Part shown: positions 48,147 through 62,348 of the stretch, piece by piece
Layout of the letters: every line of letters begins with the position of its first letter
Position numbering within the stretch: the first letter of the stretch is position 1
Assembly: GCA_027604505.1 (NCBI GenBank)
Contig: JADIIX010000021.1
Location: forward strand, 1-64,000
Length of the DNA: 64,000 nucleotides
Reading direction: 5' to 3'
Source: Gonapodya sp. JEL0774
Taxonomy: Eukaryota
Program-made: the position numbers and the translations under genes
The notes under the pieces: generated by a model
Told to the model about the DNA's origin: nothing
Seen by the model: the letters and a program-made list of their open reading frames with translations, nothing else
Database searches by the model: none

Positions 48147-51100
48147 ATGTTCGTCACTACTGCAGAACATGCGCCACCTCCTAACCCTCCGACTACTTTC
48201 CACCTTTCCTTGCTCGGTCGGACACCACCAACACTAACCGCCGCTAGCGTATTTGTGCCGGATTCCCCTGAAACCCCTCACCCTCAACCGCCGTTGCATG
48301 CAGGCACTTCGACCGCTCCACGTCGCTCCCGGAGATCGTCCCGTGCGGTTGCGAGTCCATCAGCATCAGAAACCACTTCCTCAGTATCTTTAACGCCATC
48401 TCTGACGCCCTCAGCGCGTGCTCGTCGAGCAGTCACACGTTCCGCCAGGGCTGCCCATCACCCTCCGGCACCACCGTCAGATCTATCGTCGGCATCGGCG
48501 TCTGATTTGCCGGCTCCAGGGACGGGGAGACGGAGGGCAGCGAGAACCAGGAATGTGACGCAAGGGTCTATAACATCTGAGACGCCGTCAGGGAGTGGGA
48601 GGCCGGCGGTAGTACCTGTGGGTGTGAGGAATCAGAGCAGATCCGGAGCTGAGGATGGATCTGAATTCGGCGTAGATGGGAGGCCGCGACGTGCAGCGGC
48701 TCGACTGGCCGGGGAGCGTACACGGAAAATGGTGGGATCGGAGGTAGAGCAACTGGTTGAACGGACATCCAAAGAGTCGAAAGGAAAGACGATGGATTCT
48801 TTGCAGTTCCCGAATGAGTCGGCAGTCCCCCCTGCCCTAGGGGATAGGTCAAGGCGCGGCAAACGCGGTAAACGAAAGGGTGATGATGGGGACTACGATG
48901 CATGTTCCGAGAGTGGTAGCTTGGCGCCCAGTGATTCAGCGTCCAATGTGGGTGGCTCGCGGCAGAATTCTGATGCCGGTGGGAGAATCCAGGGTGATCA
49001 GGAGTTCGACCACTGGGATGCGGAAATCGATGTTCAAGTTGTTGGATGGGAGAATGGTGGGGCCTGGGAGGATGGACGGCCTTTAGAGAATGACGATGAA
49101 CAAAAGAGGAGGCGGAAGCCAAGTGCAGCAGCAGGACCCATGGTCCTTCCACCAGCTGATCCCCTTGTCGTTTCTGGACCTGCTCCGACACCATCTGCGC
49201 TCGCATCTCCAACGACTCCTTCGCTTCCTTTCCGCGCCCCCGCGCCGGTGTCATTCCCCTTCCCGGTCGACGATGATGTTTCGTTGATAGGACCCACATT
49301 CAACCGGGGTGGCGCAGAGCACTCGCCGTTTCTTCGCGAGTTACTCGAGAATGTTCAGAGTGTCGGTGCCCTGACGGGATCAGACATGGATGATGCTGAG
49401 GGACAGTCGCTCGGCTCGAGAAGTCGTTGGGCAACCGGGGGAAGTGGAACTAGCGAGTCTGACGGAGCAGGGGGGGGCGATTATGGCACTGGTTCCGAGA
49501 GTGAATCAGAATCTTCAAGAAAAACAGATGAAGGAGTGGGTTGGAAGCTGGGAGGGACGGTGGGAGGAAAGTGGAGTCTTCAGACACCCGAACCTCTGGG
49601 GGATTGGCGAGCACCGGGACTACGTGATCGCCGAGTGAGGCCCCATGCTCCTGCGAACACCTTACTTGCGGCGGCAGGATCTTTTACGTTGCCGCTTAAT
49701 CCGGGGATTGGCTTGTTTGTCCCGGAGACGCCGATGACGGGTCAGTCAAAGTTCCCTGACTTATCGAGGAGTGACAACGAGACCTCTTCAGGGTCTACTG
49801 CGACCTACTCCGTTGTGTCCGTCGGATCCTCCGCGGCCAAGCCCAAAAAGGTGACAAAGCTGAGGATGGCGTCGGGGGCTACAGTGCGGAAAGTGGTACC
49901 AAGTGCCCAAAGAAAGGTGATCACCGCACCGTCAGCAACTTATACAGGACGGAAAAAGAAAGCCGATTTGGACATAGTGGCGAGCTTGTGGGCAGGTGGT
50001 GATAACCCTGGGCAACTCCTATTGCCTGGAAGAACTTGGGCAGTTTCGGAGGATGAGCTCACTGAGCGGGCAGCTGGTGATATAGAAGCAATGGATATTG
50101 AACATATCTCCCCTGTTGCTACTCAAGCGTCTAGTGCACTGATTCGAGGCAAGGTTGATCCCCCTGTCCCAAGAAAACTGGTGTTGGGACCTGCAAAAGG
50201 GACAGCACCTGTCATTCCGCGAAGTCTCAGATCAGGAGAAAAGACGACTGGAATAGGATCTGGGATTACCGGTACTGTGGCTCCAAAACGTATCCGTAAC
50301 AAGACCCCACCTTTAAACTATGGTATAGCCCGATCAAGCACCGGAGGGTCATCACCAGACCTCGCTCTCAAGGCGAAGATGAAAGATCGCCGGGAAGAAC
50401 CCAAACCCAGAACCAGATACACACCACCTATCGCAAGATTGGCCACCAACAGTGGTGCCACTGCGAGTCCTTCAGACAATATCAAGACTAAGATCACCCC
50501 TCGAAAAGCCCCAACAACAGCAAGCTCGGCTGAGAAGATCGCCGTTCCTTTACGTGGTAGTGTTGGTCTGGGATTGAGATCTTCGCCGTCTAGCACCCGT
50601 CAGACAGCTCCCAAAGCCCCCAAGAAGACTGCCCTTGAGGAAGCTCGAGCGGCCGCGTCAATCGCCCGTGTCAAGGCGAGACAGGATGCAATGGCGCGAC
50701 AGGACAGTTTGCTTGCGAATAAGAAAACGGGCGCCAGGTCCAGGACGGCAGAGAGTGAAGGCTTGGTCTCTGCTGGAGAAGGGATCCCTACCTCGCCCCG
50801 GAGCCCCTACTCGAAAGTGTTCGCTAAAAGTGTCGGAGACTGGCCCATTACGCACGCTGACGCTATTGTACATGATCGCGTGGTTGTTCGATCGAGGACG
50901 CACAGCGAAGCCGTGTCTCCGAATGCACACAATGCCTATCAATCCGCCTATGAATCTCTTGACGAAGCTGGAACAGCACGAAAGTTAGCTGGCAAGCGGG
51001 TTATGGACAAGGGAAAGATGCGAGCCGACATTCATAGCAACGGAATCGATGGTGACACCACAGCCAGAGCGTTAGTGGACCTAGAATATGTCAACGGTAC

Positions 51101-53716
51101 AAAACCCGCAGTTGCTAAGACCAAGAGAGGACTTGGTGACCCTAACTTTGCGAAACCCCTCGAAAATCAGCCATTTAAATCATTGGGTGAGTCGAGGTAT
51201 GGCTCTGGAAAGGGATCTAAATTCCTGCCTTCGAGTTCAACCGGCCAGAGAGTTGAGTCAAGAGTGCATCCCAAGTCGTCTACGCCTCGGCCCAGCGCCA
51301 ATGTTCGCCCGTCCTCAGCTACCCGAGAGTCAACTGGGGATCTCGCGGAACCAGTGACGCCGGGAAGAACTGTGTATGGTGTTCGTAGGAGGGTGGTGGA
51401 AGATACCCCATCGCCTGTCCCACAGAGGAGTGGCAAAGATTCGTACATCGATTCTCGCATAATGGAGCTTGAACACTCAAAAGTGCCAAGTAGTCACGTT
51501 GATTCAACATCCGTCACTCCTCCCTCTGAGTATTCGACTTCGTTGGTCCAGCCATCTCTGTCTGTCGCTGAAACAACTCCTACCAACAAAAGCGCTTCCA
51601 TGAATGCAAACGGGGGCTCTGGAGAAAGTTCGACTTGGGCTCCTTCGGGGATCGTTTGTACCGTAGATGTGAATGTCGACAGTGTTCCTGATTTGGATGG
51701 TGTCGATGTCGATCCATCTGGAAAATTGATTGCGGCACCGGCGGAGGCCGGGAACGAAGAGTTTAATTCACCAACCACCGATGTCGCACAGACCATGTTG
51801 GTACCTGACACGGACACAGATATCACGAAGGTTCAGAGGCTCACTGATCCTGCAGTGAGTCAGGGATCAGTAAGCCAATTAGCAAGTCTTGCTCAGTTTA
51901 GCGCTTCTGGATCCATGTCGCCTGACCAAGCAGCACATCTTCGCACACCTGAGGATCGTAAAGCAATGCGGAGGGTGCGGGCGTCCATGAAAAGACATCG
52001 GATGAGCATAATTACACCCAACGATTCTCCGTGGATCGAGGTGGGAGATACGCGTCCTCTGAAACTGCCGTCTCTTTGCCACTCAGTAATCTACTCGCAG
52101 CTTCCGACACCAAAACCCCATCTCCAGCACTTTGGACATAAATCAAGAGCTGCAGGGCTTTCGTCATCTTTCAGCGCTGGGGACTTTACTGGGTTATTGA
52201 GCGCAGCACGACGAGTACCTTTTGTTGGAGACCTTGCTTCCGTAGGTGTTTGTACTCAGAGCAAGTTCTTCGTTGAAATTAATCATTCAATCCACCAGGT
52301 AACCCTCGACGATCTTCTACCGTATTTCACAATGCGCCGTGTGGTCACTTTCGAAGATGGACTTACCTTTTCTGCTCCCAGTCGTTCTACTTCGTTGCTG
52401 TCCACTCTGAAAAAGATTGCGGAAGCGACCTATTCCGAAGTCTACGAGATGACGATTCCTGATAGTGTGGATAAAAAACGGCCAGGCACGCGTTGTGTCG
52501 TAAAGGTGGTGCCAGTCGGTGGCGATATAAGCGTGAATGACTCTCCTCAACTCACTTTGAAGGAGGTCGCTGCTGAGGTGGTCTGCACGAGTGCTGTGAG
52601 TGAATTGGGCCCTGGATTCGTGAAGCTTGCGCGCAGCTTCATAGCACAGGGGCGATACCCCAAAGCTTTACTGAATGAATGGGATAAATTTGCGAAGAAG
52701 CGAGGAACAGAAAACGAGAGGCCAGGTTGGTAGATGAGTCTTACTCGCATGCACTACTTCCCTCTAACTCTGTTCTGTCTGGCCAGACTTCCTTCCTTCA
52801 GAGCAGCTCTACATGGTTTTAGTATTGGAGCATGCTGGAACGGAGCTTGAGAAGTTCAAGATTCGTTCGTGGAAGGAAAGTGAGTCGGTGTTTGTACAGC
52901 TTGTGCTTGCTCTTGCAGCCGCGGAGGAGAAAATCCGATTCGAGGTGGGTATCACAGATTGTGCGTCTAGAATGACCTTCATCTGAGTCCCTTATCATCC
53001 AATTGAACCCTTGCAGCATCGGGACCTTCATTGGGGCAACGTCATGATCCTTCCGTCTTCTTCTGAAATTGCGAATGTGACTTGGCGTCGATACCCAGCA
53101 ACGTTACTTCCCGGTGGTCTCCACTCGCCGGGTTCGAGTCGAGCAGGTGTAGCGTCCGTCAGTGTTCCCTCGGCGGGTTTGGAAGTTCGCATTATCGATT
53201 ACACACTCTCGAGATGCAATGCTGGCGGTCGTGTATGGTTCAATAACATGGCGGATGAGGACATTTTTAAAAGCGAAGGTGAGATAGAGTGCCTAGTCGT
53301 TACGGTCACTTTCTCAAGCTTTTTGTTGAAAGGTGACCGCCAATTTGATGTGTACCGCGAGATGCGCGACCACACGGCAAAAGATTGGGGCGGGTTTTAT
53401 CCTAAAACCAACTTGATGGTGAGCCTCGCGTGTATGAAAGCATTATCTCTAGTGGTTGATTTCATATGTGGGATTCTCAACTCAGTGGCTCTCGTATATA
53501 CTGGACAAACTTCTCAATAGCAAGGAGAAAAAACCTCCCACCCTGCGAGGGAAGGCAAAGAGTGAAGAAGAGGCAGCCAAAAAGCGCCTTCAGGATGTGG
53601 CCCTCAGGCTGGAGGGATACGCAGACACACGAGAGTTGCTGAAAACCGAACTGGAGGGGTGGACCCGATTGGGTCTCACTGTTGGTAGAACGTCTGGAAG
53701 GACCTCGTCGATGTGA
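48147..53716 (+). CDS. Haspin-family atypical Ser/Thr kinase with a very long disordered N-terminus
   Basis: KIAEATYSEVY, YPKALLNEWD, ENERP, QLYMVL, HRDLHWGNV, IIDYTLSR, QFDVYREMR and PKTNL.WL. Confidence 0.93.
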
Positions 53717-54099
53717 ATCGTGGTGTTTTGAGCTTCGCCGGAGTGAAACTTTATGCTGGGTTCGTGTGGGAGGTATATTCAAGTCACAGGGACTGAATGG
53801 GGGGGATTGTTAATTGGAAGAAGGTGAGGGTGGAAGAAGTACAGGGTGCTGTTGGATGGGGGGTTGGACATTCGTTTGGCCTGAAAAAGATTACTACTCC
53901 TCATTAATGTTTTGTCTGCAATTCTGCACAATTGTCAATTTTGTTATTTTTTTCTTAGAATAGTTATACGTGTAATGTCTTGAAGAGGTGGAACAGTGGG
54001 TCGCACGACTTAGTTGGGAGCACATCAAGTGTTATCGATATATACAATGGATGTATATTTTTGTCTGATTTCTTAGCAAGTACAAAATTCGCGTCCTTT

Positions 54100-57000
54100 T
54101 CAGTATCCTTCAGTGAAGCTCAGGTGCCTGGTGTTTGATTAATCCGATAAGTGACAGAAGAAGGGACTGGAAAACCGGACTACACTCACCAGTAAGACTC
54201 AATAACCATGAGGACGAATCCAAGCACTGCATACAATCCGAACAGAGCGATCATGAAGCCCTGCTTCCACCATTGACCACTTGGGGTCTTGGATTTCTGC
54301 TCGGCCCAGTAAGCAACTCCCATGAAAATGCTAACTCCGAAAGGAATGTTCATGAGTTGCGCCAATGTCGGAGCAACCAGCAATAACCTGTGGCTGAAGG
54401 GATTCATCGGCTGCCCCACTTCAAGAGCGAAGTATCGCAGGCCCCCTGCAGCGTACAAGTAACACAGAGGGAGAAACACGAGGGCGTGGGCAACCGAAGC
54501 GTGCTTCGCATAGTTAGGGAGGTTTTCTCCGTCAATAGGGTCAACCATGGGAGGTTCTTCGGCGGCTTTTCGCTTCGCAGCAGCCTTAGCGGCCTTTGCT
54601 GCCTCTTCTTCCTCCTTCGCCTTTTGTGCCTTACGTTCATCAGCTTGCTTGTCTTTCCGAGTCTTCCTCCGTCTGCGAATCACTTGACCATCCGCACCTT
54701 TCACCTCCTCTACTTCCTCCTCGCTCCCATCATCATCCTTTTTCTTGTCTCCATCTGTCTTCTTGTTTGAAGCCGCCTCATCTTCGTCCGTGCCATACCA
54801 CCAATCCCGCGCTTTCTGTGGATACGTGGGTATGGTGGGAATCCAAAGGATGACTTCATAGACCCAGATGACCGCCAAAATTGTCGAAAATGGCGTGATA
54901 AAGAGGGTCAACGGGATCACCACATTTGTCCAGTCTTCATACCAATAACGAGCCTGCTCATAGATGTGGCCTGGGTTGCCCTCGAAGTCAAAAGCCTGAG
55001 GAAATTAGTATGGAAGGAACCCATGAGTACTGATGAACACCAAAGCGTTGCACGCTTCCATACTGACGATGTGCTGTAAAGGAGCCGAATTCTCGATTTC
55101 AATCGTCACAATTGCTGCGATGGGATCACCTCGGAGGAAGAAGTCCTTGGCCTCTTCACCCCATACTTCCGGAACCACACGGAAAACATCCGGGGACCCC
55201 TGTCAGACATTGACGCAAAGTCAAATAGCCAATGGAAAAGTTGTCCTCATTATTAGAAACACGATGATGGCCATAAACAGCCAATAATTATACCCACCTC
55301 AATAGGTACCAACTCTAATTTTCCGACCTTGCCAAGTACATCCTTATTCCCTGTGACAATGAGGGTGCCTTTTCCTGAATCTGACACCCTGGCTTGACAA
55401 TCCAGCTTGAAAATCTCTTCGTAAGAGTTCTGGGAACGGGGAAGAATGTTGTAAAGACCCACGAACGGGGCGGGATCGAACTCTGGGGACGCTTTCGGTG
55501 CAGGAACCTGGGTACCGATCGTGGGCAAGACAAATCGGGCAAGGAATCGACGGAGGAGAGCATTTCTTTGAGGGTCGGTTCGGGTTTAGGTTGGGATATG
55601 CTGTATCAAAAATCACTCAACCGAGACCACAAACGGCCGAGACACTCACTTCACAGATTCACTGCCAGAGTTCATTCCAACCCAAACACCAAAATCGCGT
55701 TCCGGTACCAAGGCCAAGAATCCCTGAGATCCCTCGACTGTGCCGAGTCTGGTGAACACCTTGACCCCATTCTCAAGTTCGAAGCTCGAGAAGCCCATGG
55801 TTGCCCCTGCGCGCAGTTTCGGGTTGTTCTTCACAGCAGTTTTGACCATGCGGGCGTGCAAGTCCTTGGGAATGATTCCCGATCCGTGGGAGAGGTGGAA
55901 TCCGAGCCACGCCGCCATGTCCTTGGCGGTCGACCACGCGCCCGACGCCGGGTACACGGTGGGCCACGCGAGTCTGGACTTTGAGAACTTGCCCGTGGCG
56001 TCACGGGTGTGTGGGAACGCCAGATCGGCCAGACGATTGTGCAAAGGGTCCGTGGGGTCATGAGGCGCGACGGTTGTTTGAGTCATGCTCAGCGGTTCCA
56101 AGAGGTTCTTGCGGACGTAGGAGGCAAACGGAGTCGAAGCAGCATTTTCAACGAGCTGACCAAGAAGAGCGTAGGCTGGAAGTGATGACAGGCATGCGGT
56201 TCGTATTACAGAGCAACTACCACCGGATAGTTCGACTGAAACGTACTGTGGTCCGAAGGCATATAGACAACATTGGGTGATTTCACGCGGCGTGGGAATA
56301 TTTGGAGAGTGTGGGTGAGGTTGAGGGCCTATGTGTTCGGAAGACAAAAGCGGTGAGGTGACGTGTGACTGAGACGCAAGTCTTCGTGACCGTTTCCTTT
56401 TACTAAATTGACTTGTCCACGCGTAGAATATGCTTGATCCTTCAACCCCGCACCATGATAATCCTTCACATCCCTTTGTCCAACGCAGATGCCCCGCGGA
56501 CCTGTCGAACTCATTTGAGCACTCACATCCTCCGATTTCCAGCTCATGCTCCCGGTGACCTTCTCCTCGATCCCCGAAGCCTCAGTAAGAAGGTGCGCGA
56601 AGTTGAGAACTTCATCTGGATAGCCCTCCTGGCGACGAGGAGCACCTCGGAGGATTCGAGTCGACCCTTGGAGGGAGATGTCGACATCTTCCTCGAGGCG
56701 GAGGATGTGTTTGGAGTGCAGTGCGTGTAGGACGGCTGATTAACAGTAGATGAGTTTGGATTGTGAATACACAGCGGGGAGGATTGGGAATAATAACCAT
56801 GCGGAGCTCTAGCTATCAGGATGTCCCGAAATCATACTTCCTCATGGACGTCCCCGGGCACTCAAACGCCGCAACTCGCGAGTGACTCAATTGCTTCTCC
56901 GTTCTTGCTTTCGTCTTCGACAAGTTTCAGAAGATCTTTCGTCCCAATCTTCACCATTGATCCCACTCACCAGCAGCGGTAAATGTTTTCGTGACTTGGC

Positions 57001-57472
57001 CCAATTGGAAGAGCGTGGAGTCGGGATTCACTTTCGCACCAGTCTCGGCATTAGCGATACCGTAACTAATTGTTGGATGGGTCGACATGAAGACATTAGC
57101 AAGTTGTGTAGGATGGGAGAACAAGAGAGCCGAAGGCAATCGTTTCTTCCATTGATAGATTAATTCGCTAATTATCAAGGTGATGGGAGTATGCCGCTTT
57201 CGCTGGTATACCGGGTCCGCCATCCGATGTTATGGAAATGCCAACCACGGTGACAGGACTCACCCTTTGACGAGGACTGGTCCGCGCGCGTCCGCTACTG
57301 CGACTGCGGCTCCAGCTACACCCCAAGTTGGATCAGCAAAGAATTCATCAAAGAATTTTGAGGCGGAAGCCGCGTCCAGAGTCTCTGGGGTCGAGATGGG
57401 AGACGCCGTGACCCAGGGAGGCAGAACCAGCCCGAGCGCTACGGCGGCAAACACTGCAAGCTTGAGTGTCAT
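54100..57472 (-). CDS. Beta-lactamase-related (serine hydrolase fold) protein with signal peptide and C-terminal multi-TM region; catalytic Ser absent
   Basis: Signal peptide, GAAVAV..LVKG|YGIAN, TLFQLGQVTKTFTA, YALLGQLVE, LEPLSMTQT, ASGAWSTAKDMA and LVPERDFGVWV. TM segments lie in 54186-55280. Confidence 0.8.
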
Positions 57473-58304
57473 TCGTCTCGAATTCTGTTCTTTGATGGAA
57501 CGCATCCCAGCACAAAACGCGGATTCGGACAAAAGAATAAACTAGCCGAATCGCGGAACAGACTTGGACCGAACCCCCTCTTTTCATCACTTTCTGAGGC
57601 GACCACCTGGGTCCAAGTACTACATTTCCATGACAAGTTGACATGGTGACGGCGCCAAAACGATATTAGATCTTTCTCGATTTCAAGAAATATTTGGCAA
57701 TCATTTTTCCAAGTCATATGGGGAATACATGGATTGTTGGACAGTTGATCTGCCTCCCAATCCCCCGGCTCCGCACCCAAAACGGACATCAACGAACTCC
57801 GGCGATTCTCTGAAGGAGGAAAATTCCTCCGACTTCGAAGCACAGCTTTGCATTCTTTGTTTCCAGCTACGTGTGTTACACGTTTACATTTTGTTTGGAT
57901 TTGTGTCTCACTACCAAAACTTGCTTCAAAACCTATGTATGTTCATTTACTTGATTATTCCACTAAGATGGATTCCAAACAGAGCAAGAGACTTGTTCGT
58001 TGCATACCGCGCGATCAGTGTTACCACAACCGTTTGTTTCCACCACCCTCCACGAAGAGAACTACTTTCGGACCAGAGACAGTTACGGTCACTCCAAAGT
58101 CTGCTCGCTATTACAACTTGTACGTCAGCATGTGGCTTTGTTAGATTTCCCCAAATGCACTCAACAGCTAGTCTTGTGGCTGATTGTGGCCCTTCGAGAT
58201 CCCCCAGAACCCAGCCTCGAAAACCGTGATGACGGCACCCTGAGTTTCCAGTCGAGATGAGTATTTTTTTAATCTCTGTGTAGTAACGGCAACAACATTT
58301 CAGC

Positions 58305-61300
58305 TCACTCGGAGTGAAGACGGGAGTGCTCCCTAGAGGTCCCCAGTACCCTAGACAAGGACCCGACACTACGTGAGTTGATTTTCGTTTGGATCGAAGC
58401 TTGTGGTCTACTTTGAGAAGGGGAGAAAACAGTGGCCGTAACCCTCGACGGCGCTCCCAAACCGTTGGTCGACCTGGGCAGCTCCATGAGACTCTGGGAA
58501 TCTTCCCTTGTCGTCAACGCTTCTGAATTCCAAGAGGAGCGCGCGATTGTGGTTGCATCCAGAGAACTCGAACGGGTCATCTCCGTTGGAGATGGAACTG
58601 GGGTGGTGATAAATCCAGTGAATGAGGACGGCTCATCGACAGAATCTGGAAAAGAAACTAGTGGACCCTGTGAAGTGGATGGAAATGGTGGGGGCCGTGG
58701 ACGACTCGAAGTGTCCCGAGTGTTGAGTCCAGGCTGAGCATCCGTTCCCACGGACTGAACCGGTCCCGTGGGCCCAGAAGAAAGCAAAGGTACCGCACTA
58801 GACGCCTCACGAGTCACCGCCATTGTTGTTGCACTGACAAGGAGTTTTGAATTTAACGTCATCGAAGTTGGTGACGAAGTGAAGCTGATTTCCGAAGCTG
58901 AGACTCCCAACGGAGACGACACCACGCTGATCTCGGAAGCTGAGATCCTAAACGGAGATGTCACGGCGCTTGCGCCGATGACTCGACGAGAAGTGGAAGG
59001 CGAAACATCGATCGGGTTTGCACTATCTGCCGAAGGGGCACTGGAAGAGGCCATTATCCCTCCCGAAGAAAAACTCAGGGTGCCACTCTTGACAATAACT
59101 GTTGAAGATGAATTGATTGGGAAAGACGATTCTGGAACGATGACCAGAGGTGCAGTCTCTGTAGATCGCCGTGGAATCAGCGTCGGGACAGTGCTGGCAA
59201 GCTCAGACGGGACAACCACTGATGTTAATATCGAGGACGAAACCTGTGTGTCGTTTGGCTGGTATACCGCTGACGGGAATGCAGCATTGGTGGAGATTGG
59301 CATCGAAGGTGAACCGAATGGGGATTGGTGAGAGGGACTCGCGACGGACGAAGGAGGTGCCTGCAGATTACTCGTTTGGGACGGAATTGGTGGCATTGTC
59401 GTAGTGTCGGTCGCTGTTGTGGTGAGATCGAGTGTAATCGACGCTGTGGTAGGAATGAGGGCAAAAGGATAGTGGCAGATGAGGCCACCATTGTCGGAGG
59501 TCCATCTCCCCGAAACGAGCTTTGAGAAGAGTACATTGATGTTGCAGTGTACACGGAATCTCTACTCGTGGAACTTGGCACTGGCGTTCCGGATACTCTT
59601 ATTGGTACTTGAGTTGTAGGAATGATGGGATATGAAGGTGAAATGAGAGTAGCAGAGGAGGTCACTGTCGTCGTAGATCCATCTCCCTGAAACGAACTTT
59701 GAGAAGAGTATATTGATGGTGCAGTGTACACGAAATCTCTACTCGTGGAACTTGTCACAGGCGGTGCGGTTACACCTGTTTGCCCAAACGAAGGCTGCAG
59801 AGAAGAAGTGGTCTCCGGAGTCCCCGAGGTTGCAATGGGTGCAATTGTTGTCGTTGTCCTCCTCGAAGATGAAGACGAGGAGGACGTCTCTGAAGTCCCC
59901 GAGGTTGCCATGGGTGTAGTTGGAGAGGTACTCGGTGATGAAGGCGAAGAGACTGTGGGAGGCCGGTTTGTGCGCGGGACACCACCTGATGGAGGCGTTG
60001 ACGTTGTGATTCGTGAGACAGAAGGTAGCTGGGTTGTCAACGACTCTGATGGCGTAGAAGTGGGCCCGGGAGCGGTGACACCAGCCGAGCTGGCAGGACG
60101 CGACGCTGAGGTGGCGCGTGTTGGTGACAGCGATGTGATATCAGGTGGAGGACTCGATCTTGTCGACGGTGATGTTTGAGCAATCGAAGGTCCTCTGGGA
60201 ATAGATTGCGACTGCGTTGCTGCACTTGATCGCGAGAGCGAGCCACTCGTCATATTTGTGGGAGAAGACACAGTCGACCCAACCACACCTCCCACAGAAC
60301 GCGACGCCGTCTCGACAGGACTGGACCTGGGTCTCGTCGAGACCACTGTGCTAGCTCCGTACACTACTGTTGTGGACTTGATCTGTGAGTTCCCGGCGGT
60401 CGGTGAGAAGATCGGGCTGCAGCTGACGTTGGCTGTAAGGTTCGTCGAGTTGAGTCCGCACTCGGAGACAGTCGGTGGGAGCATGGCGGGGCCAGTGAGG
60501 CTGGTGTTGGAGACGTCTATGCTGGTAAGGTTTGTGGAGGTAAGAGGGCTGGGGTGGTGGTGGCGGCATGAGTTCGACGAAGGTGCCTTCCCCGACATGT
60601 ACCCAATTCATGAACTGAGCAAACAACATACGGAAGTTCGCCGGAAATTCCTTGATTCCCAGCCAAAGACAAATTATTGAGCGTCGTTATATTGGAGATG
60701 GAGTCCGGCACCGATCCTGTAAGATTGTTTTGCGATATGTCCAGCACAGTGAGATTGCCGGCCTTGTAAATGTCATACGGCTTGGATGAAAGGAGAACAC
60801 GGAAGGCAAAACAGCATGAGCGTACGGATGTTTTGATAGAAAGAGCTGTCTGAGGCACAGATGCTACCAACGCACTATTTCTCCCGAAATGCGGTTCTCC
60901 GAAAGATCGAGGACTCTACAGCTGGTAAGCTTGGACACGTTCGCAGGGATGGATCCGGACAAGTCGTTATTGGACAAGCGAAGCTCGGTGATGGTCGGCT
61001 TCCATAGCGTGGGCGGCATGGATCCGTTGAGACGGTTGCTTTCGAAGGTTGGGGGTGTTGGCATGTTAGAACATCGAAGAAGCTTCTCACGTAGCACCAC
61101 ACAATCTGCCCCCGACTCACTCACTGTGACAGATCAATAACCTCGACTCTCGTGAGTTTCGCGATGGCCTCCCCCGGTATCCCTCCGCGAAAATAATTGC
61201 TGCTGAGGTCGAGGATCTTCAAGCTTGGCCAGCTCGACACCCACGTAGGCTCGATGACACCGTCGAGGTTGTTCCATGACAAGCGCAAAATGGTGAGATT

Positions 61301-62348
61301 GGCAGGTAGAGTGATGTTGCTGGTGTTAGTATTTGAGCCCGGTTGGTATTGATACTGGCGGGGGGTGAGGCGACTGGTCTTGTATGGCCACCAGCTCCGT
61401 CGGGCGATACCCGGTTGTGAGGTGGATGATCCGGAGACGGCAAAATTGTTGTTGATGGTGTTGGACAGAGAGGGAAGGTGGCCGGTAAGTTGGTTGGTGC
61501 TCTGGTTTGGTGGGGGGTTGTGGAGTTTGACGTTGTTCGAGATAAATTGAACGCAGAAGAGAACAGCGGTGTAAGCCCACCAAATCTAAGAGATTTAATT
61601 TAGGCGCTGCCACGCTGGACTTTGTGATTGTACCCGACAAGCTGTTCTTGCTGAGATCGACCACCTTGAGATTCGGATGCGACACCAAACTGGGAACAGA
61701 TCCGGATAGGTTGCCGTTCCCGGACAAATTAAGCGTCCCAAGCTGAGTGAGACGATCCATCACTGGAATAGAACCCGAGAGTGAGTTGAAGGCGAGGAGA
61801 AGTCCCTTGATGGTGATGATGCGGTTGATCGATTCGGGGATCGTGCCGTTGATCAAACCATTTTCAGACAAGTCCACGTATTCCAACATGGGCAGTTGGG
61901 GTGGTTGTTGTGGAGTTGGTGCCGAGAGATTCAGTAGGTGCAAGGGTCCGTGGAGAGAATTGTTCCTGAGGGTGAGTGAGCGTAATTTGGCGTTGGAGTT
62001 CCCCACGAGAAGCGGGAGCGTTCCGACCAGACCAAGATTGTCGAGGGAAACTGAGTTCACGCGGTAGTCTGGTGTGCAGTTGATGAAAAGAGTTATGTTG
62101 CAACAGGTTCCCACAGGCCCTGATAGGTTTGAGAAGGAAACAGGACCAACCGGCCGTCATCACATGCGGTAAGAAGAGGAACGAGCGATGCACGTACATG
62201 GCAAGGGCAGATTTGATTGATAGAAAAGAGATTCCCACGGAGCGCAGTCAGCTGATTGGTTCTGTGCGCGAGAGATGGTCGCCGCCGCGATGAAGATGAC
62301 GACCACAAGGTAGATCAGACTAGTCGGGAAAGCGAACAAGACACGCAT
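58305..62348 (-). CDS. Secreted or surface protein with plant-type LRRs and a long Ser/Thr/Pro-rich stalk; carries a frameshift; 3' end uncertain
   Basis: Signal peptide LIYLVVVIFIAAA and LRRs of the LxLSxNxLSGxIP type (60640-62050). The S/T-rich region switches frame near 59460. Confidence 0.8.

Noticed and set aside
52242..52298. Haspin ORF as one continuous 1528-aa exon
   Set aside because: This segment looks like a stop-free 57-nt GT-AG intron, and the kinase continues in later exons beyond the ORF stop.
58432..60680. Several plus-strand Val/Glu/Gly-rich ORFs
   Set aside because: Antisense shadows of the Ser/Thr/Pro-rich stalk.
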